A stretch of 64,000 nt of DNA from an uncultured Chlamydiae bacterium (GTDB taxonomy: Bacteria; Chlamydiota; Chlamydiia; Chlamydiales; SM23-39): positions 1,056,001 to 1,120,000 of the forward strand of contig CAWHDP010000002.1 of NCBI GenBank assembly GCA_963828125.1, given 5' to 3'. The notes beneath the pieces were generated by a model, which worked only from the letters and a program-made list of their open reading frames with translations, was not told where the DNA came from and did no database searches. Below are positions 29,804 to 37,924 of the stretch, piece by piece. Numbering within the stretch: the first letter of the stretch is position 1; the number at the start of each line of letters is the position of its first letter. A program made the translations under genes and the position numbers.

Positions 29804-29947
29804 AGATTAATTTCGATTTAGCATAAACCACATTTATGTTCCTAGCCGTTATAGAACAATCTATAAAATATCCCCAGTAGGGAGGGAGTCATGCGCGCGC
29901 ATTTGAGCGTGCTTTATTTGATTTTGTCCGGAGATCTCTAAAGAAGA

Positions 29948-30184
29948 TTAGCTCATTTGGAGCCCGAGAATTTTTTTGGAAACTTCTTTCATTTCTTTCA
30001 AAATCGACCTTTCTCTTCTTCTCTTCTCTAGAGCCCTCAAGGTGGTACCCCCGTGCTTTTCCCTCTTGTAGTATACCCCTCCATGCATTCTACACCGTCC
30101 ATTCTTCATGCCAGGTTGATCGCATGGATTTCCCCCCTTGGTTCTGCACTTTGCCCCACACGTCTTAACTCCTCGAATCGGCAT
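29948..30184 (-). CDS. HGGxSTG-like Cys/His small protein
   Basis: CGAKCRTKGGNPC...NGRCRMHGG. Confidence 0.75.
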   Translation of the reverse strand: MPIRGVKTCGAKCRTKGGNPCDQPGMKNGRCRMHGGVYYKREKHGGTTLRALEKRRRERSILKEMKEVSKKILGLQMS

Positions 30185-30659
30185 CTTTGCCTCCCTTGTC
30201 TGGGATTATGGTTTCCATGAGTGCATTGCCTTGTCCGCTGTAGTTATAATTGACTGTGATATTCTGGGCACCCCCACTCCGCTTCTTTTCTAGTTGTTGC
30301 ATCGCCTCATTGGAAAAGCGGAGTAGGTTCAGTCCCAGTTTTTGATCGTCCATGTAGGGCTCAGCCAACTTCCGCATGCCCAACATATGGCAAGCCACAA
30401 TCTGGGCTGCATACAGCGTTTCCAAGCCATCTCTTGGGTTCATCCCCTTCATCAGGGCCCAGAGCCCATCTAATTCGTCTTTCGATATAGATCGAGCCCC
30501 AAACTCACTCTTTCCGTAAATCGTGTTGGCAGCTTCTTGAATCAACACCTTTGCAGCCTTATCCGAATCCACGTGAAAAGCCTGCATAATAGGAACTAGA
30601 GAGCTTGGTGCCTGAATCGACCTGTCGGGGGGAGGTTCGCTTTTTTGTTGTTTAGCCAT
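30165..30659 (-). CDS. Island-associated hypothetical protein (PxDxxE...AQ family), copy 2
   Basis: MNPRDGLETLYAAQIVACH...LEKKRSGGAQNITV. Confidence 0.7.
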   Translation of the reverse strand: MAKQQKSEPPPDRSIQAPSSLVPIMQAFHVDSDKAAKVLIQEAANTIYGKSEFGARSISKDELDGLWALMKGMNPRDGLETLYAAQIVACHMLGMRKLAEPYMDDQKLGLNLLRFSNEAMQQLEKKRSGGAQNITVNYNYSGQGNALMETIIPDKGGKDADSRS

Positions 30660-30663
30660 GCCT

Positions 30664-30870
30664 TTAGGTCCAATAGTATCCGCTTTGACTGGCACGTCGC
30701 TTCAACTCTCGGTCTTCAGCTTCATGCTTTTTAATGGCTTCTAGAGCCTTTGGATCACCCTGTTTTGCCTTCAAGAAAAGCTTAAGCCATTTTCTGGCTC
30801 GACTTTCTTGCAACTTCTCTAGCTTTTCATGGTCGTAAAAGTCGATAAGTTCTATCGCTGGAATTTTCAT
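30664..30870 (-). CDS. Small hypothetical protein
   Basis: 68-aa ORF with ATGA overlap inside the operon. Confidence 0.55.
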   Translation of the reverse strand: MKIPAIELIDFYDHEKLEKLQESRARKWLKLFLKAKQGDPKALEAIKKHEAEDRELKRRASQSGYYWT

Positions 30871-31406
30871 GCACTTACTCCATCCAGAGTTACGGGCTGA
30901 TCCTCTGATTTAACAGTTTTGATATTGACCACCTGCCCCTGATTGACGTTGTATTGAACGCTAATCTGCTGAGCCCCTTTACTACGGTATTTCTGGAGAG
31001 CTTCAAGGACCTTGTGACCAAATTCAAACAGATCGATTGGAACGCTATATTCCTCAGCTGCCTCCATCCCACGAATATAAGTGATGGCAAACTGACTCGC
31101 AAGCGCGGCTTCGATCGCATCTGCTGGCTGGAGCGATTCGATCAGATGCATCACCATCTCAACCTGATCACTCGTCGCCACCGCTTTGGGTTTTATATAG
31201 TTTTCGTGATAGTCCCACTGGGGAGGATCTTTCAAACGGTAAGCCGACTTTATAGTCCCACGAATAATCTGCCTGATTACTCCTTGATTAGTCGGCGGCC
31301 TATCTGTCCTGATTGGATTGAAGTCCTCGGGGACGGGGTAGTAAATATCCTCAGGGCTTTTTTTTTGTTTCGCTACCAATTTGCTTTTTCGTCTTGTAGG
31401 GCTCAT
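30867..31406 (-). CDS. Island-associated hypothetical protein (PxDxxE...AQ family), copy 1
   Basis: LQPADAIEAALASQ...LQKYRSKGAQQISV; ATGA overlap with the primase stop. Confidence 0.7.
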   Translation of the reverse strand: MSPTRRKSKLVAKQKKSPEDIYYPVPEDFNPIRTDRPPTNQGVIRQIIRGTIKSAYRLKDPPQWDYHENYIKPKAVATSDQVEMVMHLIESLQPADAIEAALASQFAITYIRGMEAAEEYSVPIDLFEFGHKVLEALQKYRSKGAQQISVQYNVNQGQVVNIKTVKSEDQPVTLDGVSA

Positions 31407-33850
31407 TGATTGCCTCGCAATTGAGGGTGAATGGAAACTTTGGTGGAAGGGCGACCGATTGTCTTCGTGGTTTCTGTTCTGACCCAACCGAATTCTTCCA
31501 ACAGTTTAATCGCATTGGCTACTTGTTCAGCCGTGTCCAATTTCGACCAGTGTTTTGCATGATACACATCGCGAGGAGAGAACCCATCGGATAGGTCTCC
31601 CCGCTTAATCCGCTCTAAAAGGGCTCTGGCCGATTCCATGCTGGGATCTTCGCCAGATGCATAAAGCCGCTTTGCATGGGTTTCCAGATATTCACACCAC
31701 AGAATTGCTTGACGAGCTGCTTGGAGATCGACTTCGACTGGCTGAATGCCTCTTCCTACCGTTTCAATGAGATAAAAGATAAGCGCCAGGCTTGGCATCA
31801 AGGAACGGTACTTTGCCAAATGACTTTCTAAGGCCGGGCCCAGTTCCCCATTGCGCAATCTCTGCTCAAGGTGAGTACGCCATTCATCGAACAAGTGTTG
31901 AGCTTGGGGTGCAAAACGGAGCTTGTAAGTTTCAAAAGCCCCACTCAACGAGGGTTCAAAAGGTGCAAAAGCATCGAGTTGCCTAAAAACCTCAAATGCT
32001 TGCTCTCTGGCAGCCAAATTGGGAGTGCGATCTATATTTTTCCATACCTTGGGAGCATCAGGCCACACCAACATTTGGAAGCGCTGCAAGAGACCGTCAT
32101 CGCCACCTCCTCCAGTTGTGGCTTGATGAACGTACGATCCTAGAGGACCCGGCTGAATACCCCCTACAATCGAAAGACAGAGGGCAGGGATATGTAAAGT
32201 GCCCCTGCCTATGCGATCGACGGTATAAGGACCATTTCCGTTCCAGGACTCAAGGAAAAAGGCTCGATCCCCTTCGCGGCCATATTTATCCAGCCCTTTA
32301 AGCCATCCAACCAGTTCGTCGCGATGAATGAGGATGCCTTGAGGATTTTCGAGTAAAATCTCCCCGATTTTCTCAACCGTGCCATCTTCAGTCTTATATC
32401 TTTTTTGGATTGGCTTAGAGATCGCTTCAACCTGATCGAATTGAGGCATTTTGGGAGTCGCCGACTTGTTTCGTGCAGCCTTTTTCATTTCCTCTTTCTG
32501 AGCTAATTTCTGAACTTCAGCCCACATTTCCTTCTGCTCATGAAGTTGAAGATCTTCCCGATGTTTGTGGATGGCTTTAGCGGCCAACTCATCAAGAGGC
32601 TTCATCATTTCAGCAACAGCAGGCGATTTTAACAAAGAAGGTCTGCCAACCACAGCGCCCCAAAGGTTTGGAATGACCAACCAATCATCATGCGCCTTCG
32701 GAAAGATGCCGGTTTTTCGGCCTACCAAAGACCCCACGACTACGATACAAGTTGCAGCAAGAAAGTCAGGAGGAACCTGCATCCGTTCCGCGTTGTCCAT
32801 GATCCAGGGGCGAAGGGTTTCGGGAAGCATTTCCTCGCGAAAAGATACAACCGGATACAGCTCTTCCTTAAGGGGAAGAGGGGTACCCCACTCCTCTTTT
32901 AGACCCAGAAAGATACGTAGGTCTTCGATCCCTTTCCCTTCACAATGGGAATGCTGACATTTGAAGCCCGATCCCTTGTACCCATTAGTATGAGCTTCGA
33001 AATAAGCAGTACCTTGATCGCCAGTTGTATGGAGATCCGCAAAAGGACAGAGAATGTCCCAAGCGCCAATCTTATTAGGCAACTGCCGCCTAACCATACC
33101 TCTTTGATTCAATTCCTGAAGAATAGGATCTTGAGACTCTCCCAACTTTGGACCTTTGGATGGCACAGGCCCTGTCAGGTCAATTTGAAACGCCTGTAAG
33201 AAGCTGGCGGCCCTGTATGGTAAAGCCTCGTTGCGCTCAATAACCCGAACTAAGGTAGGATCTCCTTTCCGATGAAAAAATCCAGGCAGCCGCATGACCC
33301 GAGGAAGATCATGGACTGCTCGATCAGCATCAAAACGCTCAATCAAATCCTTTTGAACCAATGAAAACTGCTCCAGAGGCAGCCCTTCCATTAGCCAATA
33401 GGCATGAAATCGTTTTGGACTCGATTCCACAACGACATGAGGTGGTAGAGGAGCCAAAAGTATGGGCTCAAGAGGGGCCCCGTCCAAATCAACAAAAACT
33501 GCCCGTACTTTTGTAATATTTTTTGTTTCTCTGCCTTTGAGGTCTGTCTCATTAACAGTGAAAAACACCCCGGCTCCACGCCCGTTCAATTCTGTGAGCA
33601 ACGGCAAATGCTGGTCCAGAGTCCCATGAAGAACATGTACGAGGTGACGAGCATGCCGCCCTTTCACATCATCAAACGTCTGAAAGGTGATCTGCTCTCC
33701 TTCAGCGATTAGATTCAAAAATTGAGCCGCTTCTAGATTGCCGATTTTGGGAGATAGCGGTATACTCGGGGTATAAAGACTTTCGTTTTTTGTGAAAGGA
33801 GCTGATGCCGGCCAAGGAGCAGCTCCTTCATTTTTTGCGCTCACACTCAT
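31403..33850 (-). CDS. Primase-helicase: RepB-type primase + Cys/His linker + DUF3987/YfjI P-loop domain
   Basis: AVFVDLD, ESSPKRFHAYW, RVMRLPGF; CPF..H...CQHSHC; VVGRPSLLKSP, HRDEL, DDGLLQRF. Confidence 0.85.
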   Translation of the reverse strand: MSVSAKNEGAAPWPASAPFTKNESLYTPSIPLSPKIGNLEAAQFLNLIAEGEQITFQTFDDVKGRHARHLVHVLHGTLDQHLPLLTELNGRGAGVFFTVNETDLKGRETKNITKVRAVFVDLDGAPLEPILLAPLPPHVVVESSPKRFHAYWLMEGLPLEQFSLVQKDLIERFDADRAVHDLPRVMRLPGFFHRKGDPTLVRVIERNEALPYRAASFLQAFQIDLTGPVPSKGPKLGESQDPILQELNQRGMVRRQLPNKIGAWDILCPFADLHTTGDQGTAYFEAHTNGYKGSGFKCQHSHCEGKGIEDLRIFLGLKEEWGTPLPLKEELYPVVSFREEMLPETLRPWIMDNAERMQVPPDFLAATCIVVVGSLVGRKTGIFPKAHDDWLVIPNLWGAVVGRPSLLKSPAVAEMMKPLDELAAKAIHKHREDLQLHEQKEMWAEVQKLAQKEEMKKAARNKSATPKMPQFDQVEAISKPIQKRYKTEDGTVEKIGEILLENPQGILIHRDELVGWLKGLDKYGREGDRAFFLESWNGNGPYTVDRIGRGTLHIPALCLSIVGGIQPGPLGSYVHQATTGGGGDDGLLQRFQMLVWPDAPKVWKNIDRTPNLAAREQAFEVFRQLDAFAPFEPSLSGAFETYKLRFAPQAQHLFDEWRTHLEQRLRNGELGPALESHLAKYRSLMPSLALIFYLIETVGRGIQPVEVDLQAARQAILWCEYLETHAKRLYASGEDPSMESARALLERIKRGDLSDGFSPRDVYHAKHWSKLDTAEQVANAIKLLEEFGWVRTETTKTIGRPSTKVSIHPQLRGNQ

Positions 33851-34065
33851 CGGACGTCTCCTCTTTTATTTGACTCAAGCCAGTTAAGAAACAAGTGAGG
33901 AGAAACGAGCAATTTGCGCTTGCCAAGTCGCCGAACAAAGCAATCGGCTCCATTGAATTTTGAATTGAATAGAATCCAACGCAGGCTTCCTACACTGATG
34001 ATGGAGGAGTATTGCTTGCAAAAATCCTTGATGGTTAAGTAGTCATTTAAATCTTGATGAATCAT
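33847..34065 (-). CDS. Excisionase/AlpA-like small DNA-binding protein
   Basis: YLTIKDFC...GSLRW...RRLGKRKLLVS...FLNWLE; lies directly before the primase. Confidence 0.7.
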   Translation of the reverse strand: MIHQDLNDYLTIKDFCKQYSSIISVGSLRWILFNSKFNGADCFVRRLGKRKLLVSPHLFLNWLESNKRGDVR

Positions 34066-34245
34066 GCTGTTTCCTTATGGGTTATGCATGGGTTTTGAGC
34101 GGGCGGCAACCGTTGCCAATATCCCTTTTCTCTAGCCCCCACCTTACAACATAACCATCTCATTCTCAATACAGTTCAAGTACTGAACACAAACTAAACT
34201 TCCCTCTCTATAGAAGTGCTCGAAAACCTGAAAATTGTCGTCGAA

Positions 34246-35361
34246 TTAGATTTCGATTTCTTCGTTGCGCAATGCAATAATTTGGTCGAGAATCCCCGAT
34301 TTTTTCCATCTTCTCTTCTGGGATTCCACAGCCCCATAAGGAGGAAAGTGTGCGGGTAGTTTCCGAATAGGGCGGCGTGTCTGAAGTAAATAGAACATCG
34401 CATTTAGCAGGTCTAATGGATTATGAGTCGCCTTCCGTCCTTTTCTCTCTAAAATCCCTGGAATCCGCTTACAAATCACTTTCCATTCTTTTATAGAAAC
34501 AGGCTCAAAGTAGGGCTTGACCGAAGCATCATGATGGTATTTTTTCGCCGACTTCTCGGCCCGCTTCTTATCAAAGGGAGGTCTCAGTGAAGCAGAGGTA
34601 ATCGCCTCTTTGAATCCGGCTATTCTAGCAGCTTTTTTCAAACAAGCATCGACTTGAACGGGAAGAAGAGGCCCTCCGTTTCTAGTGGAAAATACAAAGA
34701 CGGAATCGTCCTCGATTTGTTCGCAAACAGCCCTCCACAAACGGGGAGGAAGATAGTGAACAACCATATGGCACTTGGTCCCTGAGCGAAATAATGTGAT
34801 GCAATTAGAACGATTGGGCTCATCAGGATCAATATCCTTCACCTGAAGACGAACAACCTCTTCAAGAGTCACAAAATCACCCCCTTTTCCCAGGATCTGA
34901 TTGAGATACCAAACGATCTCTACAATTACAGCGACTTGTTCGTTCAATTTGAAAAGTTCCTTGCGAATCTTCCTATATTCCTTAGAGGTAAGAGAGGGAA
35001 ATTTGCGTTTTTCTCGTCGATTCGCATCACTTTCTTTACGCCGTGCTTTTCTAGGAAAGCGATCTGTCACCCAGTTCAACGGAATATCGTTTTGCCTACA
35101 TAATTCCTTGAGAGCTTTCTCTGACCACAACCAAGGGACGATAGTTTCTCTAACTGAAGCCGCATTTTTTTCTAGGGCTTTATTCTCTCGCTTCGGTAAT
35201 GGCTCAATTTTTTGACCATCAAGAGGCGTAAACTTGAATCGAGCCAACTCACCAGTCTCTGTGATTGCACCATCAGGAAGATGAAAAAACGGCACACTAA
35301 CCCATCGCTTTTTCCAGTAAGCCATACCGAAAAACAGTTCTCGACCATTTTCGCGTTTCAT
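34246..35361 (-). CDS. Chimera: degenerate tyrosine-recombinase domain + IS5-type (DUF4096-like) HTH domain
   Basis: TLEEVVRLQVKDID...FVFSTRNGGPL...ITSASLR, then EWKVI...LNAMFYLLQT..PIRKLP..FPPYGAV...RRWKKSGILDQI. Confidence 0.65.
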   Translation of the reverse strand: MKRENGRELFFGMAYWKKRWVSVPFFHLPDGAITETGELARFKFTPLDGQKIEPLPKRENKALEKNAASVRETIVPWLWSEKALKELCRQNDIPLNWVTDRFPRKARRKESDANRREKRKFPSLTSKEYRKIRKELFKLNEQVAVIVEIVWYLNQILGKGGDFVTLEEVVRLQVKDIDPDEPNRSNCITLFRSGTKCHMVVHYLPPRLWRAVCEQIEDDSVFVFSTRNGGPLLPVQVDACLKKAARIAGFKEAITSASLRPPFDKKRAEKSAKKYHHDASVKPYFEPVSIKEWKVICKRIPGILERKGRKATHNPLDLLNAMFYLLQTRRPIRKLPAHFPPYGAVESQKRRWKKSGILDQIIALRNEEIEI

Positions 35362-36494
35362 GCTTCAGCTCCAAGAAAATGTTTGTTCATCCGATCAACC
35401 ACAGTGTGTTTATGAGAGTCGCTCAAATGGGCATACCTTTTCACCATAGCAAGAGTTTTGTGGCCTAAAATATCGGCGATTTCAGCAAGGGAGGCCCCAC
35501 TCATGGCAAGGTAGCTGGCCGCACAGTGCCGAAGGTCATGGAAGCGAAAATCTCTAAGCCCTGCTTTTTTCATTGCTGCAACCCAAGCACCTCTCAATTC
35601 AGCGGGTTTTTGAACCTTTTGAACCCTCCTTAGATCTACTTGTTCAAATGTTAGATCCGAAGACGACACCACCTCTGTTATTGACCGCACTTTAGGAAAA
35701 AGAAGGTTCGTATCAATTCGCCTGCTCTTTTCCAAACGAGCAAGAACGTCCAAGGCCCCTCCCGCAATCGGCACGGCGCGCCGCTCCCCATTTTTTGTTT
35801 CCTGTAGAATAATTCGTTTACGGGGGATGTCCACATCGGCCCAGGTTAAATTGATGATCTCGCCATGTCTCATTCCCGTCGATAAGGCGAGCAAGACAAC
35901 AGGATAGAGATGTGGGTTAGCGCTTTCCCTACAAGCCCTCAAAAGCCGCTCCCTCTCTTCATCATCTAAAAATCGAACCCGCCCTCGGGCTTCTTTTAGT
36001 TTTGAGACCTTTCTCATGGGAGAATCTTCGATCCATCCCCATTCCTTCACTGCGACCGTAAGCGCATGACTCAATGCACTGAGATATCGAACCACGGTTG
36101 CAGGAGATCTTTGAGTACCCCGAAAGGTCATTCCTCGAAATAGTTCATCTCTCTTTTCAGCGATCAAGGCAGGGGTGACGTCCGCAAGCAGATGGGTACC
36201 TATCCGCTCCTTCCACCAAAGAAGCTGAGCCGTCTGTTTTTTCTCGCTCTTTTTCTTTTGTGGAAGAACATCACGGATGTACCGATCGACTAGCTCGCCC
36301 AAGGTATGCTTTTTTGCTTCACTGGTTTTGAAATGCCGCCCTTCAAGAATGGCAGCCTCGGTTTCCCGGGCCCATCTTTTGGCGTCGCCAAGCCGCTGAT
36401 GGGTTTCTGTTTGCGGCGGATATCCCTTCAAACGGATCTTTACTCGGTAACGAGTGACCCCATCTTTCGTTTTTCTCTCTTCAATCACAGCCAT
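35358..36494 (-). CDS. Tyrosine recombinase/integrase (intact)
   Basis: TGMRHGE, TKNG, FHDLRH, LGHK, RYAH catalytic set; adjacent to att. Confidence 0.95.
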   Translation of the reverse strand: MAVIEERKTKDGVTRYRVKIRLKGYPPQTETHQRLGDAKRWARETEAAILEGRHFKTSEAKKHTLGELVDRYIRDVLPQKKKSEKKQTAQLLWWKERIGTHLLADVTPALIAEKRDELFRGMTFRGTQRSPATVVRYLSALSHALTVAVKEWGWIEDSPMRKVSKLKEARGRVRFLDDEERERLLRACRESANPHLYPVVLLALSTGMRHGEIINLTWADVDIPRKRIILQETKNGERRAVPIAGGALDVLARLEKSRRIDTNLLFPKVRSITEVVSSSDLTFEQVDLRRVQKVQKPAELRGAWVAAMKKAGLRDFRFHDLRHCAASYLAMSGASLAEIADILGHKTLAMVKRYAHLSDSHKHTVVDRMNKHFLGAEA

Positions 36495-36818
36495 AACAAG
36501 CTCCAAATCTAAAGCATGAGACCATACCAAGACTTCTCAATAACTAGCAACCATGGGATTACCTTTCCCTCGAAATACAATCGCAAACAGTTCATATCAA
36601 ATCGATTATGTATTTACGAATCGAAAAAGGGACTCTGGTGGGACACTAAAAGAAAAAATCGCATGGATTTTGAGAGGAAAGACTGTTCGGATCAGGTTTG
36701 TTCTATAGGAATGTTTAAAACGGATGTGTTGAGAATTGCTGTCCCACTAGCGTCCCATAAAGGGACGAGAAGGACAGTTTGGGATCGAATATTTTGAGGT
36801 ATTTTCTCTCTATGAAAT

Positions 36819-36872
36819 TGCTCGGAGCGGGACTCGAACCCGCACGGTATTGCTACCAGGGGATTTTAAGTC
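36819..36872 (-). pseudogene. Displaced 3' half of tRNA-Leu(TAA) (att site)
   Basis: 54-bp homolog of 45156-45209 with compensatory stem changes. Confidence 0.92.
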
Positions 36873-37054
36873 TCGCTCGTGTTCCTAACAGCGCATAACG
36901 CGCCCTAACAACTGCATAGAGAAGTTACCACATTTCGCCCTTCCGATCTACGCAATTGTTAGCAAAAGCTAGCGAAAGTTGCGTGGGGTTCTGACCCACA
37001 TTTGACCCACAGATCGACCCTGAAAATAGAAAGTTTTAAGAAGAGGCTGTCTGG

Positions 37055-37912
37055 CTAGTCATCTTCTCCATCATCGCATTCTGGCTCCGATTGGTAGGAA
37101 ACCACTTGGAGCATTTCCCATTTTAAATTGATGTCGGGACAATCGTTAATGCTCTTAATTGGCCAGGTAAACTCATTGGCCATGGGATAGATACCTAAGG
37201 GAATGAGGTAACAATAGATATCTTGCATGTTGGACGGTAATTTTACACTCATGGGAACAGGGAACAGCTCGGTGGGATGCCTAAACTGCAACTCTCCCTC
37301 CACATCATTATTGCCGTCGTTTCTTATTTGGACGACCAAGTAGGATTTTTGCCCCATCAATTCTCCAATGCTCAGCTGAGTAAAGTACTGAAAAGAATTT
37401 GGAAACAAAAGCGACACTTGATTCTCCGTTAAAATGAAAGACCTCATAAAAATATTACTAGCATAACTTTCATCTTCTCTCTTTATTTTCTTATAAGAAA
37501 AAGTCCTGATCTGGCAGCCTACATCGCAATTTATTTGAGAAGGATTGGGGATTTCGTAACCTTTGAAAATGATCTCATTGCCTGGAGGAGTTGTGGAAAT
37601 ACTAATCTCTGAACATTGAAGAGCATCCGCATCTTTGCAAATAATATTTATAACAGGAAGATTCCACTGCTCTTGGATTTTCCGCTCAAACCGGGCTAAC
37701 AATTCAGGGCGCTTGAACAAAAATTCAATTTCATCTGCATCTAAAAGAATGGTGACTGTTTGATCCTCATCATTGCGCTGCATGCTATCCGCGTCCACAT
37801 GAATGATCGATCCAGGAGCCACTTCAATCGGAATTTCAAAAGCGCAAAGAGGTAAAATCTCTACGATTAGAAATGATAAGGTAAGAAAAAAATTTCGATG
37901 GCATGACAACAT
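37055..37912 (-). CDS. Hypothetical exported protein, last gene of the RHS operon
   Basis: Signal peptide ending LPLCA; 12 nt downstream of the RHS stop; duplicated at 21584-22369. Confidence 0.75.
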   Translation of the reverse strand: MLSCHRNFFLTLSFLIVEILPLCAFEIPIEVAPGSIIHVDADSMQRNDEDQTVTILLDADEIEFLFKRPELLARFERKIQEQWNLPVINIICKDADALQCSEISISTTPPGNEIIFKGYEIPNPSQINCDVGCQIRTFSYKKIKREDESYASNIFMRSFILTENQVSLLFPNSFQYFTQLSIGELMGQKSYLVVQIRNDGNNDVEGELQFRHPTELFPVPMSVKLPSNMQDIYCYLIPLGIYPMANEFTWPIKSINDCPDINLKWEMLQVVSYQSEPECDDGEDD

Positions 37913-37924
37913 TTATCCACTCCT

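Larger units (their letters stand above)
26375..36818. mobile_element. Island B: ~10.4-kb satellite/PICI-like integrative element at tRNA-Leu
   Basis: Bounded by tRNA halves; intact integrase, xis-like gene and primase-helicase; TTGCTGTCCCAC near both ends (26542, 36736). Confidence 0.85.
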
